From Minisyncoccota bacterium (GTDB lineage: Bacteria; Patescibacteriota; Minisyncoccia; Phycocordibacterales; UBA918): a DNA stretch of 64,000 nucleotides. The stretch spans positions 331,063 through 395,062 of the forward strand of contig JAWKSQ010000001.1 in assembly GCA_041389045.1 (NCBI GenBank). The letters run 5' to 3'. This document shows positions 45,521 through 54,997 of this stretch, in pieces (the first letter of the stretch is position 1; every line of letters starts with the position of its first letter). The notes beneath the pieces are model-generated. The model made no database searches, was not told where the DNA came from, and saw only the letters and a list, made by a program, of their open reading frames with translations. A program made the translations under genes and the position numbers.

Positions 45521-46105
45521 TTATTTGAAGTTTTTAATAATGAAGGGACTAAATTTTTAATCGGAATTTGGCGGGGCCGGTGGCGGTTGGGGTAGTGCTA
45601 GTGCCGAAGAATTTTGATTGGAAGTTGGTTCCAGGAGTCGGGGATTCTAAGTGTCGGAGAAAAATCGCGAAGCGGTTTTTCTCCAGGCTCGAGAACTTAA
45701 GAAAGTTGGTAACTTGATTATGTCGTTTCATTAATTAGCGCATCTGTTATAGATAAAATTGGTATTACAAAGGCAGTGCGTCTCGGGATAGAAAGAGGTT
45801 TAAATAAATTAAAGGTTGATCATAAAGAGGTGAGTGTGAAGTTGGATGGATTACTACATGCCCCAGCTGAGTATATGAATCAAGAGACAATTATAAAAGG
45901 TGACGCCAAAGAGAAGGTGATTGGACTAGCGTCCATTATGGCTAAGGTGACGCGAGATAGGGTGATGGTAAAAATGGCCAAAAAGTATCCAGTCTACCAA
46001 TTTGAAATACATAAAGGTTACGGTACTAAAAAGCATTTAGAAGCGATAGAAAAACATGGCCTTTCGACTGTTCATCGGAGGTCTTTTTGTAAGCGGTTTA
46101 ACTGA
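45520..46105 (+). pseudogene. rnhB: Ribonuclease HII, multiply frameshifted and apparently lacking the N-terminal DE catalytic pair
   Basis: TKFLIGI then (W)RG .. LAGPVAVGVVLVPKNFDWKLVPGVGDSKC .. EKNREAVFLQARELKK .. DYVVSLISASVIDKIGITKAV across 3 frames. The intact tail is ORF 45776..46105 (HKGYGTKKHLEAIEKHGLSTVHRRSF). Confidence 0.7.
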
Positions 46106-46251
46106 GTAGCTTCCTATACCCACAGGCTACTATTTACTATACTTATATACTGTGTTATAATTGTAAATTCGGCCAGGCAGACAAAGTGTGTGCCTGGGAG
46201 CGAAAAAGCCGCCACGGGCAACGTGGTAATAACAAACAGGAGAAAGATTAA

Positions 46252-46560
46252 ATGAGGATGTCAAAAAAGTTGGGAGCCAAGCACACCGATGAGGAGTTGG
46301 AAGCTCTCACAGTCGGTTGCCAAGGCTGTGAGTTTTGGGTCAGGACAATTTCAAAAAAAGTGAATGGCCACGGACTGCCCAGTAGTCATTCCTTCTTGCC
46401 GGTAGTTCATTGTCGGTCTACGAATGATCTGAAACAAATGAACAACCCGATGTTTTACCGGGAAAGATCTCCGAATTGCCCGCAAGAGAGCTTCGGTACA
46501 TGTGGTGACTACATCATGGCCAAGAAAGCTCAGAAAAAGGCAGAAGAAGTAAAAAAATAG
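46252..46560 (+). CDS. Hypothetical Cys-rich small protein
   Basis: 102 aa. AGGAGA Shine-Dalgarno 8 nt upstream. C-x2-C ... C ... C-x7-C pattern and a Lys-rich tail. A hairpin plus T-run lies at ~46622-46650. Confidence 0.45.
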   Translation: MRMSKKLGAKHTDEELEALTVGCQGCEFWVRTISKKVNGHGLPSSHSFLPVVHCRSTNDLKQMNNPMFYRERSPNCPQESFGTCGDYIMAKKAQKKAEEVKK

Positions 46561-46781
46561 CAGAACCAAGGCTGAGGCCTAAGTTTTAGTTAGGGTGTAA
46601 AACGCCTGAACTCACAATAACAAGGCCGCTGGTGATCCTGGCGGCTTTTCGTATGTCTGAGGCATCTACATATGAAAGAAGAACCTACACAGGAAAGACC
46701 TGTGTACTGGACAGGAACCATTACCCAAACAATTGCTTTTTTATAGATATCTGCTATATTTCTACCACTATGGTTATTCGA

Positions 46782-47036
46782 ATGCGACATACGCGGTCAC
46801 ACACCGCGAACCGACGATCTCATCACGCTCTAAAGGCGCCAAATTTGGCTGTCTGCAAGAACTGTAATGCAGAACATCGTCCACACCACATGTGTCTAAA
46901 TTGTGGATTTTATAAAGGTAAAGTCGTTATTGACTTACTAGAAAAGAAGAAAGGTCGCGAAGCGCGAATGACTGCTAAGAAAGAAGCAATCCGTGGTCAG
47001 GAAGCCACTGAGACCGTTACTCCAGAGCAGAAGTAA
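46782..47036 (+). CDS. rpmF: Ribosomal protein L32
   Basis: MRHTRSHTANRRSHHALKAPNLAVCKNCNAEHRPHHMCLNCGFYKG (zinc-ribbon form). An alternative in-frame ATG is at 46770. Confidence 0.85.
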   Translation: MRHTRSHTANRRSHHALKAPNLAVCKNCNAEHRPHHMCLNCGFYKGKVVIDLLEKKKGREARMTAKKEAIRGQEATETVTPEQK

Positions 47037-47141
47037 ATGGTCTACTGCCACAAAGCCCCGTCAGGGGCTTTGTGGATTTATGTCCAGACAAGCGAAAATA
47101 CCGTGCTACACTGTAAGCAGTAAAAATAAGTACATTATATT

Positions 47142-48043
47142 ATGGCCAATAGACACCTTTCACGAAGTATCGTTCTACAGTCACTCTTTGAGTGGGATTT
47201 AAATGCAATTGAGAGGAAAGCCGTCATCGACGTTTTAGATAGAAATATTGAGGAGTTTGCGCCCAACAAGACCGATAAACCATTCATGGAAAACTCCTGG
47301 ATGGTATTTTGGGTAAACAATCAGAAATTGATTTAGTCATTGAGAAGGCGGCACCGGAGTGGCCGATTGACCGTATTTCACCAGTAGACCGCAACATTCT
47401 CCGCCTTGGTCTCTATGAGCTTTTATTTTCAGATAGGTCTGAAGTACCGGCTAAGGTAGCAATTAATGAAGCGATTGAACTCGCTAAGCAATTTGGTGGC
47501 GATAATAGCAGTCGCTTTGTAAATGGTGTGCTTGGTGCTGTCTATAAAGAAATTGGCGAACCAGGAAAGGAAGAGGTAAGTAAGCGCAAGAAGCGTGAAG
47601 TACCATTTGATCAAATGCCGATTTTGCGACTAGCTGGGGCAGTAGTCTACGCTGAGTCTGAGGGTGAAATTTACCTTGCCTTAGTGCATGATATTTTTGG
47701 ACATTGGACACTGTCTAAAGGAAAGATCGAAGAAAACGAAACTGTCGAAGCCGGGGCCGTACGAGAACTTAAGGAAGAAATGGGGCTCGATGTGACTATC
47801 GAAGCTGAGCTCGGCATGAATGAATACGTGGCGTCCAATCCGGAGTTAGGTAAAGTTAGAAAACAAGTTCACTACTTCTTAGCTACTTCTCCCTATAGTG
47901 AAATTAAACTAGAGCAAAAAGGTGGTTTAGATGACGCTAAGTGGTTTAGAGTAGCTGACATTTTGGAACTGAATTTCTACGAGGATATTTTACCGATAGT
48001 AACCAAGGCAGTAACCATGTTGGTTGGCAGACGCAGTAAATAA
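47142..48043 (+). CDS. nusB: NusB antitermination factor fused to a C-terminal Nudix hydrolase domain (frameshift at A-run 47290-47293)
   Basis: [13 protein letters not shown] ... then after the frame fix [45 protein letters not shown] ... [11 protein letters not shown] linker follows, then the Nudix box [30 protein letters not shown]. Confidence 0.8.
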
Positions 48044-48090
48044 TGATAATCTCGCTAGGTAACTAGCCTAAATATAAGCTTTCTAACTGT

Positions 48091-48804
48091 ATGGATGACA
48101 AAGTCATAGCTCATAACCTAAAACAATTAGAGGTTATTCTTAATGTTAATTTTAAAGACCCGACCTTACTTTTGACGGCGGTAACCCACCGCTCATATTT
48201 AAATGAGCATCGTGACGCAACTTGGGAGCATAATGAGCGACTAGAATTTTTGGGTGACGCGGTTCTTGAACTAGTGGTTACTGATTTTTTGTTTAATAAA
48301 TATCCAGAAAAGCCCGAAGGAGATTTGACGGCCATTAGAGCTGCGCTAGTCAATACGGTGTCTCTATCATCTGCTTCCGAAAAGTTGGGAGTAAATACCT
48401 ACCTGCTTATGTCTAAGGGGGAGTCCAAGGATGAAGGTCGGGCTAGGCAGTATATACTAGCCAACGTATTTGAGGCTTGTGTGGGAGCGATGTATCTAGA
48501 TCAAGGTTATGATGTGGCGCGAGATTTTATTGCTTCGCAACTTTTTGCTAATACTGAAGAAATAATTAGTAAAAAGCTATGGCAAGATGCTAAGAGTCGA
48601 TTCCAAGAATTAGCTCAAGAACATGCTTCGGTTACTCCGACCTATGAAACTATTTCGCAAGAAGGTCCTGATCATGACCGAGTATTTACGGTGGGTGTTT
48701 TCCTGCGTCGTGAAAAAGTAGCTGATGGTAAAGGAAGGTCAAAACAAGAGGCTGAACAAGAGGCCGCTAAGCAGGCGATCAAGGCCAAAGGTTGGGGAGG
48801 ATAG
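48091..48804 (+). CDS. rnc: Ribonuclease III
   Basis: NERLEFLGDAVLELVV signature and a C-terminal dsRBD (GPDHDRVFTVGVFL ... GRSKQEAEQEAAKQA). Confidence 0.95.
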   Translation: MDDKVIAHNLKQLEVILNVNFKDPTLLLTAVTHRSYLNEHRDATWEHNERLEFLGDAVLELVVTDFLFNKYPEKPEGDLTAIRAALVNTVSLSSASEKLGVNTYLLMSKGESKDEGRARQYILANVFEACVGAMYLDQGYDVARDFIASQLFANTEEIISKKLWQDAKSRFQELAQEHASVTPTYETISQEGPDHDRVFTVGVFLRREKVADGKGRSKQEAEQEAAKQAIKAKGWGG

Positions 48805-48812
48805 TGAATGAG

Positions 48813-48851
48813 AAAAAGCCGGTTTGAAGCTACGCTTCAAACCGGCTTTTT
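48813..48851 (+). terminator. Rho-independent terminator after rnc
   Basis: aaaaagccggtttgaagc-tac-gcttcaaaccggcttttt. Confidence 0.85.
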
Positions 48852-48887
48852 CTATCCCAAGAACATAAATCTCACGCCAATAGTGCG

Positions 48888-48896
48888 TGTTATAAT
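48888..48896 (+). promoter_or_regulatory. Extended -10 promoter (TGtTATAAT) positioned for a leaderless pilin mRNA
   Basis: TATAAT at 48891-48896 is preceded by TG. The ATG of the pilin gene is at 48903, 6 nt after the -10 element. Confidence 0.5.
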
Positions 48897-48902
48897 TTAC
48901 TG

Positions 48903-49691
48903 ATGTGGCAAAGTACTAATAAGTCTAAACAGGGTTTTACGCTGACAGAATTAATGGTTGTGTTAAGTATAATCGCTATTTTGTCAGCGGTGACTTGGAT
49001 TAATTATTCTCAGTCTTCAGCCAAGTCACGAGACTCCAAGAGACAGACAGATTTAAAGATGCTGCAAGCTGCTATCGAGACCTACAAAAAAGACCATGGA
49101 CGCTATCCAGCAGGTTGTAATGGAGCAAATAATTGGTCAGGTCAATTAGATACTACCTATGCTTGTACGGATGGTTCTAGGGGTGAATACATCATTGGTC
49201 TTGCTCCAACCTACATACCAGTTTTACCAAAAGACGTTAAACTTAATGGTGCTAATTCAGGCTATGTATACCGAACAAACGCCGAAGGTACGGTTTATAA
49301 GTTGAAGGCTCAACGTACGGTAGAAGCCGATACGATTACTCACACTCATCCACTGAAACCGTGTGATATTAGGGTAGCTCATGCTGGATCTGGTTCACTT
49401 ACAAATAATTCTCAAGACCCAAGGGTTATTGGTTGGTGTGGTCGAGTCTACAATTCTTCTGCTAATAGCTACACACTTCCGTCAACTTGTAATTCAACTC
49501 AGGACGATTGGCGAATTTCCTATGGTCTTTGGGGTGGTTTGTCTTTGGATCAAGGTATTATAACACAAGGTAATCTTAATAATGCTTACGCTGCCGATCC
49601 TTTAGCTAATATTTTTGGGGCTAATGAAGGAGCTAAAAATCGATTTAGAGCCCAAGCCATTTTTCCTACTGCAGACGTAATTTGTAAATAA
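48903..49691 (+). CDS. Type IV pilin / GspG-like pseudopilin with prepilin N-terminal cleavage-methylation motif
   Basis: KQGFTLTELMVVLSIIAILSAV, then SRDSKRQTDLKMLQAAIETYKKDHGRYP. 262 aa. Confidence 0.85.
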   Translation: MWQSTNKSKQGFTLTELMVVLSIIAILSAVTWINYSQSSAKSRDSKRQTDLKMLQAAIETYKKDHGRYPAGCNGANNWSGQLDTTYACTDGSRGEYIIGLAPTYIPVLPKDVKLNGANSGYVYRTNAEGTVYKLKAQRTVEADTITHTHPLKPCDIRVAHAGSGSLTNNSQDPRVIGWCGRVYNSSANSYTLPSTCNSTQDDWRISYGLWGGLSLDQGIITQGNLNNAYAADPLANIFGANEGAKNRFRAQAIFPTADVICK

Positions 49692-49697
49692 CCATTT

Positions 49698-50288
49698 ATG
49701 TATATGTTAAATTTCAAAAATAATTCCCGGGGATTTACTTTAGTAGAATTGATGGTGGTTATATCTATAATCGGTCTATTGTCTGCTGTTGTTTATTCTA
49801 GTTTCGGTGAGGCAAGAGCCCAGGCACGCGATAAAGTACGTATAGCTGCGTTAAAGGAAATGCAGTTAGCGATTGAGCTCTATAAGGCGCAAAACGGTCG
49901 TTATCCAGCTGGTTGTAATAACCCTGGTAATTGGTCAGGTAATTCTGGTGTCGGAAATTACAAATGCCCTAATCCTTTGACAGACCCATTTATAGTTGGT
50001 TTAGTGCCAGACTACATACCAGAATTACCTAAGGATCCTTTGCACACAAGTCTGTCAGGTGATAGGGGTTATTTGTATTTAACTGACCCCTCAGGATCAG
50101 CTTATAAGCTATTAGCTTTCGATACGTTTGAGGAAGATAATATTGATTGGGATAATGAATTTGCCAGGTGTCCAAGTAGTTGTGAAGGTAATGCCAATTT
50201 CACTGTCTCTGCCCAGTGTGACGATGAAGATCAATTGTTTTCAAGTACTATAGCCGTGTATTCATCGGGTGTATACATGTGTATATAG
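49698..50288 (+). CDS. Type IV pilin / GspG-like pseudopilin, second paralogue
   Basis: SRGFTLVELMVVISIIGLLSAV, then ARDKVRIAALKEMQLAIELYKAQNGRYP. 196 aa. Confidence 0.85.
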   Translation: MYMLNFKNNSRGFTLVELMVVISIIGLLSAVVYSSFGEARAQARDKVRIAALKEMQLAIELYKAQNGRYPAGCNNPGNWSGNSGVGNYKCPNPLTDPFIVGLVPDYIPELPKDPLHTSLSGDRGYLYLTDPSGSAYKLLAFDTFEEDNIDWDNEFARCPSSCEGNANFTVSAQCDDEDQLFSSTIAVYSSGVYMCI

Positions 50289-50294
50289 TTTGTT

Positions 50295-52559
50295 ATGTAC
50301 CTGAAAGAACTTTCGATTAATGGTTTTAAGTCATTCGCCAAAAAGGGTGAACTGGGTTTTTCGGCGCCGATTACAGCTATTGTCGGACCAAATGGTTCTG
50401 GTAAAAGTAATGTAGCGGAGTCTTTTCGGTTTGTGCTTGGTGAGCAGTCAGTAAAGTCGATGCGTGGTAAGCGTGGTGAAGATCTTATCTGGGGAGGGTC
50501 AGAAGCGGTCTCTCGCGGTAATCGGGCCAGTGTGACTATCACCCTTGATAACTCACAGAAAGTTTTTCCGATCGATTTTAGTGAAGTAACTATCGAACGA
50601 GTGGTTCACCGTGACGGACAAAATGACTATTTGCTAAACGGCTCTAATGTCAGACTGAAAGATATTCAGGAACTTTTGGCTTCAGCCAATATTGGTTCAA
50701 CTGGACATCATATTATTTCGCAGGGTGAAGCTGACCGGATTCTTTCCGCTAACCCAAAAGAGCGCCGAGAAATGATTGAGGATGCTCTCGGTCTAAAAAT
50801 TTATCAATACAAGAAACAAGAGTCAGAAAGAAAGCTCAGTAAGACAGTTGAGAATGTTGCTCAAGTTGAGTCTTTGCGCCGAGAAGCTGCGCCACATTTA
50901 AAGTATTTAGAAAAACAAATACAGAAGATTGAAAAATCTTTGGAACTTCAAGCTATTCTTAAAGATACTTACGCCGAATATTTACGACGTGAGGATGTGT
51001 ATATAGCTTTTCATCACGACAGACTAACTAGTGACAAGCGTGCGCCAGAAAAGGATTTGGAGCGTATTAAAAATGATTTAAAAGAAGCTAAGGAATTTTT
51101 GAAAGCTACTGAAGCCAAGCAAGACGCCGATGTTTTAATTGAAGCTCAAGAGGCGCTACAAATAGTCCTGCGAGAAAGACAGCAGGCGGAAAGAGATTTT
51201 AGTAAATGTGAAGGGCAAATAGCTCTACTAACACGTCGTTTAGAAGAGCAAGAGAGACGAGCTAAGAATATTGAAGGTAAGGCTATTCCTTATGTCGAAT
51301 TCAAAAAATTGATTGAAGGACTAGAACAGACTACCGAAAAGGCTACCCAAAAGGACGACGTCAGTTTTTTGAAACGAGCACTTATCGATGTGATTCATCG
51401 TTTGAAAGTCTTTTTAGAAAAATCTGAGGAAGTGCCAGATGGTAACTTGCAGTTTGATCGAGAAGAAAAAGAACGTTTGGTTGCTGAACTAAAATCATTA
51501 GAACAAAAATTAAAGTCAGCGTCAGAAAAAGAGGAAAAAGCTAAGCAAGCCTATGAAGAACTGCAAGATAGAAGAACTAAAGAAGCGACCGATGGCCGTG
51601 AGGCCGAAAGAGCCGTCTTTAGACTGATTAACGAAGAGCGTGAACTGGAGACAAAGATTGAACGGATTGATCGAGAGTTAGCGATTCTTGACCGAGACCG
51701 GGATGAATTTAAGGAAGAACTACAGGAGGCGGTAGCGTTGCTTGGTCGTGGTGCCTCTGATTATTTTAAGTACGAAATCAAAAATGCTGAAGGTGGAGTT
51801 GTCTCTGAAGAGGAGGTGGTGGCTGAATCGCGAGACAAACAGCGAACACGCAGACATGAACTTGAAAAACTTAAGATTCGTCTGGAGGAGTTAGGTATTG
51901 GGGCTACTGAGGATGTTATTAAAGAATACAATGATGCTAAGGCTCGGGATGAATTTTTGGTACATGAACTAGCTGATTTAGAATCCTCTATTCAAAAGTT
52001 ACGAGAACTGATTGCTGAACTTGATGTAAAACTTGATGCAGAGTTTAAGGAGGGGATAGATAAAATTGCGATTGAGTTTAAACGCTTCTTCACTTTAATG
52101 TTTGGTGGTGGTGAAGCCGATCTGATTAAAGTAGCTACGAAAGTTTCTGAAGAAGACCTGGAGTCACTTGATGAAAACGGCGAAGCGAAAGCGAAGGGAA
52201 GTAAGGATGGGATAGAACTTTCAGTGAAACTGCCAAATAAGCGAGTTAAGGGTCTCGAGATGTTGTCGGGTGGTGAAAGAGCACTGACTTCGATTGCTCT
52301 CATCTTTGCTATGAGTCAGGTCAATCCACCGCCTTTTATTATTCTCGATGAAACCGACGCTGCGCTTGATGAGGCTAATAGTCGTCGCTATGGCGACATG
52401 ATTGAGGCTCTGGCGGAGAAGTCACAGCTAATCCTTATTACCCATAACCGCGAGACGATGAGTCGTGCCGGCGTGCTTTATGGCGTCACAATGGGTGGAG
52501 ATGGAATCTCCAAACTCCTTTCAGTAAAGTTGGATGACGCAGTGGCGGTGGCGAAATGA
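50295..52559 (+). CDS. smc: SMC-family chromosome-partition ATPase, short form (754 aa)
   Basis: FKSFAKK ... GPNGSGKSNVAESFRFVLGEQS (Walker A), a long coiled-coil middle, LSGGERALTSIAL (signature) and FIILDETDAALD (Walker B). Confidence 0.8.
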   Translation: MYLKELSINGFKSFAKKGELGFSAPITAIVGPNGSGKSNVAESFRFVLGEQSVKSMRGKRGEDLIWGGSEAVSRGNRASVTITLDNSQKVFPIDFSEVTIERVVHRDGQNDYLLNGSNVRLKDIQELLASANIGSTGHHIISQGEADRILSANPKERREMIEDALGLKIYQYKKQESERKLSKTVENVAQVESLRREAAPHLKYLEKQIQKIEKSLELQAILKDTYAEYLRREDVYIAFHHDRLTSDKRAPEKDLERIKNDLKEAKEFLKATEAKQDADVLIEAQEALQIVLRERQQAERDFSKCEGQIALLTRRLEEQERRAKNIEGKAIPYVEFKKLIEGLEQTTEKATQKDDVSFLKRALIDVIHRLKVFLEKSEEVPDGNLQFDREEKERLVAELKSLEQKLKSASEKEEKAKQAYEELQDRRTKEATDGREAERAVFRLINEERELETKIERIDRELAILDRDRDEFKEELQEAVALLGRGASDYFKYEIKNAEGGVVSEEEVVAESRDKQRTRRHELEKLKIRLEELGIGATEDVIKEYNDAKARDEFLVHELADLESSIQKLRELIAELDVKLDAEFKEGIDKIAIEFKRFFTLMFGGGEADLIKVATKVSEEDLESLDENGEAKAKGSKDGIELSVKLPNKRVKGLEMLSGGERALTSIALIFAMSQVNPPPFIILDETDAALDEANSRRYGDMIEALAEKSQLILITHNRETMSRAGVLYGVTMGGDGISKLLSVKLDDAVAVAK

Positions 52560-52567
52560 TATTACTT

Positions 52568-52653
52568 ATCACTATACCCTGTGGCTTCATCCATCCCGTC
52601 CTCGTTCATAAATTATCACTGCGGGGATGGTTTCAACCACAGGGTCTAGTGAT
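52568..52653 (+). other. 86-nt nested hairpin directly after the smc stop
   Basis: atcactataccctgtgg / ccacagggtctagtgat forms 17 bp with 1 mismatch. It encloses catccatcccg / cggggatgg. Confidence 0.6.
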
Positions 52654-52677
52654 TTAGATAAAATTGTATAAATAAAA

Positions 52678-52716
52678 CGACGACAGATGTGCCCATCTGT
52701 CGTCGTAAGTTTTTTT
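52678..52716 (+). terminator. Rho-independent terminator
   Basis: acgacgacagat-gtgccc-atctgtcgtcgt, then aag, then ttttttt. Confidence 0.85.
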
Positions 52717-52909
52717 GGCACCTCTGCCGTAGTTCTGGGTTTCCACATCCCAATAATAGGACTCATAAAGTGTGCCTTATCGGGGTAACGAATCATCCAT
52801 GTCTTTTGACTCTATGGGTGCATGGTGACGTTTGCCGCGAGTGGTTTTACAATGGTAGGAAAAAACCTACGTATTGAATATAACATTCAAAGCATCAACT
52901 GTCTGCAAT

Positions 52910-52941
52910 AAAAACCTGGACCCTTTAAAGGGTCCAGGTTT
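52910..52941. terminator. Bidirectional terminator (serves rnr on the minus strand)
   Basis: aaaaacctggaccc-tttaaa-gggtccaggtttt. Confidence 0.85.
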
Positions 52942-52947
52942 TATTAT

Positions 52948-54891
52948 TTACTTACTTTCGATTAATTCAAAATCTAGTTGTCGTTCTTCTTTATCTGCTC
53001 GTGTTAGTTTTACCTTCACCGCGTCTCCAAGTTGGTAGACTTTACCGGTCTTTTGGCCTTTGATGCGGTACTTACTAGCTTCATGTTCAAAGAAATCACT
53101 CTTGATAGTAGCGAGACGCACCATACCATCGGCCATGCAAGTAGACTCTTGTACGTAGATACCCCAGTCAGTCACACCAGTAATGACACCATCGAAAGTT
53201 TCGCCGACACGATTCATAAGGTATTCGACTTGCTTAAACTTAATTGAGTCACGTTCCGCACTGACGGCTTCCATTTCTCGTTGTGATGATTTGATGCACA
53301 TCCTTTCGTACTCGGCTGTTTCTTTCGGTCCAACATAAGTTCGGTCCAAGTGCTTACGCAGTAATCGGTGAGACATTAGGTCGGGGTAGCGACGAATCGG
53401 GGAAGTGAAGTGGGTATAAAACTTAAAGGCGAGACCGAAGTGACCAATGTTTTTGGTAGAGTAGACCGCTTTAGCCATGGAGCGGATGGTAGCCGTTTTA
53501 ATTAAGTTGGCTTCTGGCTTACCTTCAATTTCTTTGAGGAGATTATTGATAGCATTAGCTTTCACAATTCCTTTCTTAACTTCAAATTCGTAGCCCAGGG
53601 CACGAAGGAAAATACCTAGTTCTTCTAGTTTGTCTGCGTTTGGTAAATCGTGAATACGATAAACGAAAGACAGGTCTTTGTTGGTATTCTTAGCGGTATC
53701 GTAGATGTGGGTGGCTACTTCGCGGTTAGCTAGGAGCATGAAGTCCTCAATCATCAGCATCGTTTCTACCCGCTCTTTTACAAAGGCTCTGACGGGAGCT
53801 CCACGCTCATCGAGTTCAAACTTAACTTCTGGTTGATCAAAAGCAATAGCTCCTTGCGCATACCTCTTTTGTCTGAGTTTACGACCCAGAGTCATGAGAA
53901 TCTTCAAATCCTCCAAGTGTGGGCCAGCACCTTTGTCTAGAACTTGTTGAGCTTCTTCATAACTAAAGCGCTTATCTGAGTGGATGACTGTCTGACCATA
54001 CCAGCTATTTACAATGTGAGCATCAGAATTAAGTTCAAAGACAGCTGAAAAAGCTAGTCGGTCTTCATTGGGACGCAAGGAACAGAGGTCGTTAGAAAGT
54101 ATCTCTGGTAGCATCGGGATAACTCTGTCTACTAAGTAGACCGACGTAGCTCGTTCGCGGGCTTCTTCATCAATAGCGTCGTGGTCGCGTACATAGTGAG
54201 AGACGTCGGCAATATGAATACCCACCTCGTAGTTGCCCGAAGGTAGTACCCGACAAGATAGAGCGTCGTCGAAGTCTTTTGCATCAGCCGGGTCAATGGT
54301 CATCGTCATCACGTCACGCATGTCGCGACGTTTAGGGTCTTTAAGGGCGTCAGCAAAGATTTGCGCCTTGGTCTCGTACAGTTCTTGAGCGGTTTTCTGG
54401 ACTGATTCTGGAAAGGCTTTAGAAAAACCGCCGCTACGGATGATAGCCTGCATTTCCGTTTCGTGATCGCCAGCGTGTCCGAGGACTTCAGTTATCTTTG
54501 CTACAGGGTCTAGGAGTGGCTGAGTCCAGGTAGTAAATTCAACCACTACTTTCATGCCAAGGTCGTTCCCAGTTGCCTCCGGTAAGACAGGTTTTACGTG
54601 TAGTCGTGAATTGTCTAATGAGACATAATACTGGGTTTTTCCTTCAACCGGCTTTTCTTTTACGACACCAATAAATTCACGAAAGGCTGGTTTTACCACT
54701 TTGCTCACTTTAGCCTCCTGCCTACGTCCAGGGATTTTTTTCTTTAGTTCGATTTCGACAATATCACCATCAAGCGCAAAACCAAGGTTTTCGCGTTCGA
54801 TCACAATATCCTCTTCAAAACCTTCTGCCTTCACAAAACCAGTGCCTTTACCGCGCACCATGATTACTCCTTCTATTTTAGTATTTGACAT
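52948..54891 (-). CDS. rnr: Ribonuclease R (RNB-family 3'-5' exoribonuclease)
   Basis: 647 aa. N-terminal OB/CSD, RNB domain (TIDPADAKDFDDAL ... HFGLA ... YTHFTSPIRRYPDL) and a C-terminal S1 domain. Confidence 0.9.
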   Translation of the reverse strand: MSNTKIEGVIMVRGKGTGFVKAEGFEEDIVIERENLGFALDGDIVEIELKKKIPGRRQEAKVSKVVKPAFREFIGVVKEKPVEGKTQYYVSLDNSRLHVKPVLPEATGNDLGMKVVVEFTTWTQPLLDPVAKITEVLGHAGDHETEMQAIIRSGGFSKAFPESVQKTAQELYETKAQIFADALKDPKRRDMRDVMTMTIDPADAKDFDDALSCRVLPSGNYEVGIHIADVSHYVRDHDAIDEEARERATSVYLVDRVIPMLPEILSNDLCSLRPNEDRLAFSAVFELNSDAHIVNSWYGQTVIHSDKRFSYEEAQQVLDKGAGPHLEDLKILMTLGRKLRQKRYAQGAIAFDQPEVKFELDERGAPVRAFVKERVETMLMIEDFMLLANREVATHIYDTAKNTNKDLSFVYRIHDLPNADKLEELGIFLRALGYEFEVKKGIVKANAINNLLKEIEGKPEANLIKTATIRSMAKAVYSTKNIGHFGLAFKFYTHFTSPIRRYPDLMSHRLLRKHLDRTYVGPKETAEYERMCIKSSQREMEAVSAERDSIKFKQVEYLMNRVGETFDGVITGVTDWGIYVQESTCMADGMVRLATIKSDFFEHEASKYRIKGQKTGKVYQLGDAVKVKLTRADKEERQLDFELIESK

Positions 54892-54997
54892 GTGGGCTTG
54901 ATAGTAGCATGGAGAGCACTACATTTCCATTACATTTTTTAGACCAGTATTTATTTACTTGACCGAAAGCAAGGCTTCTGGTAATCTTCCGCTACTT

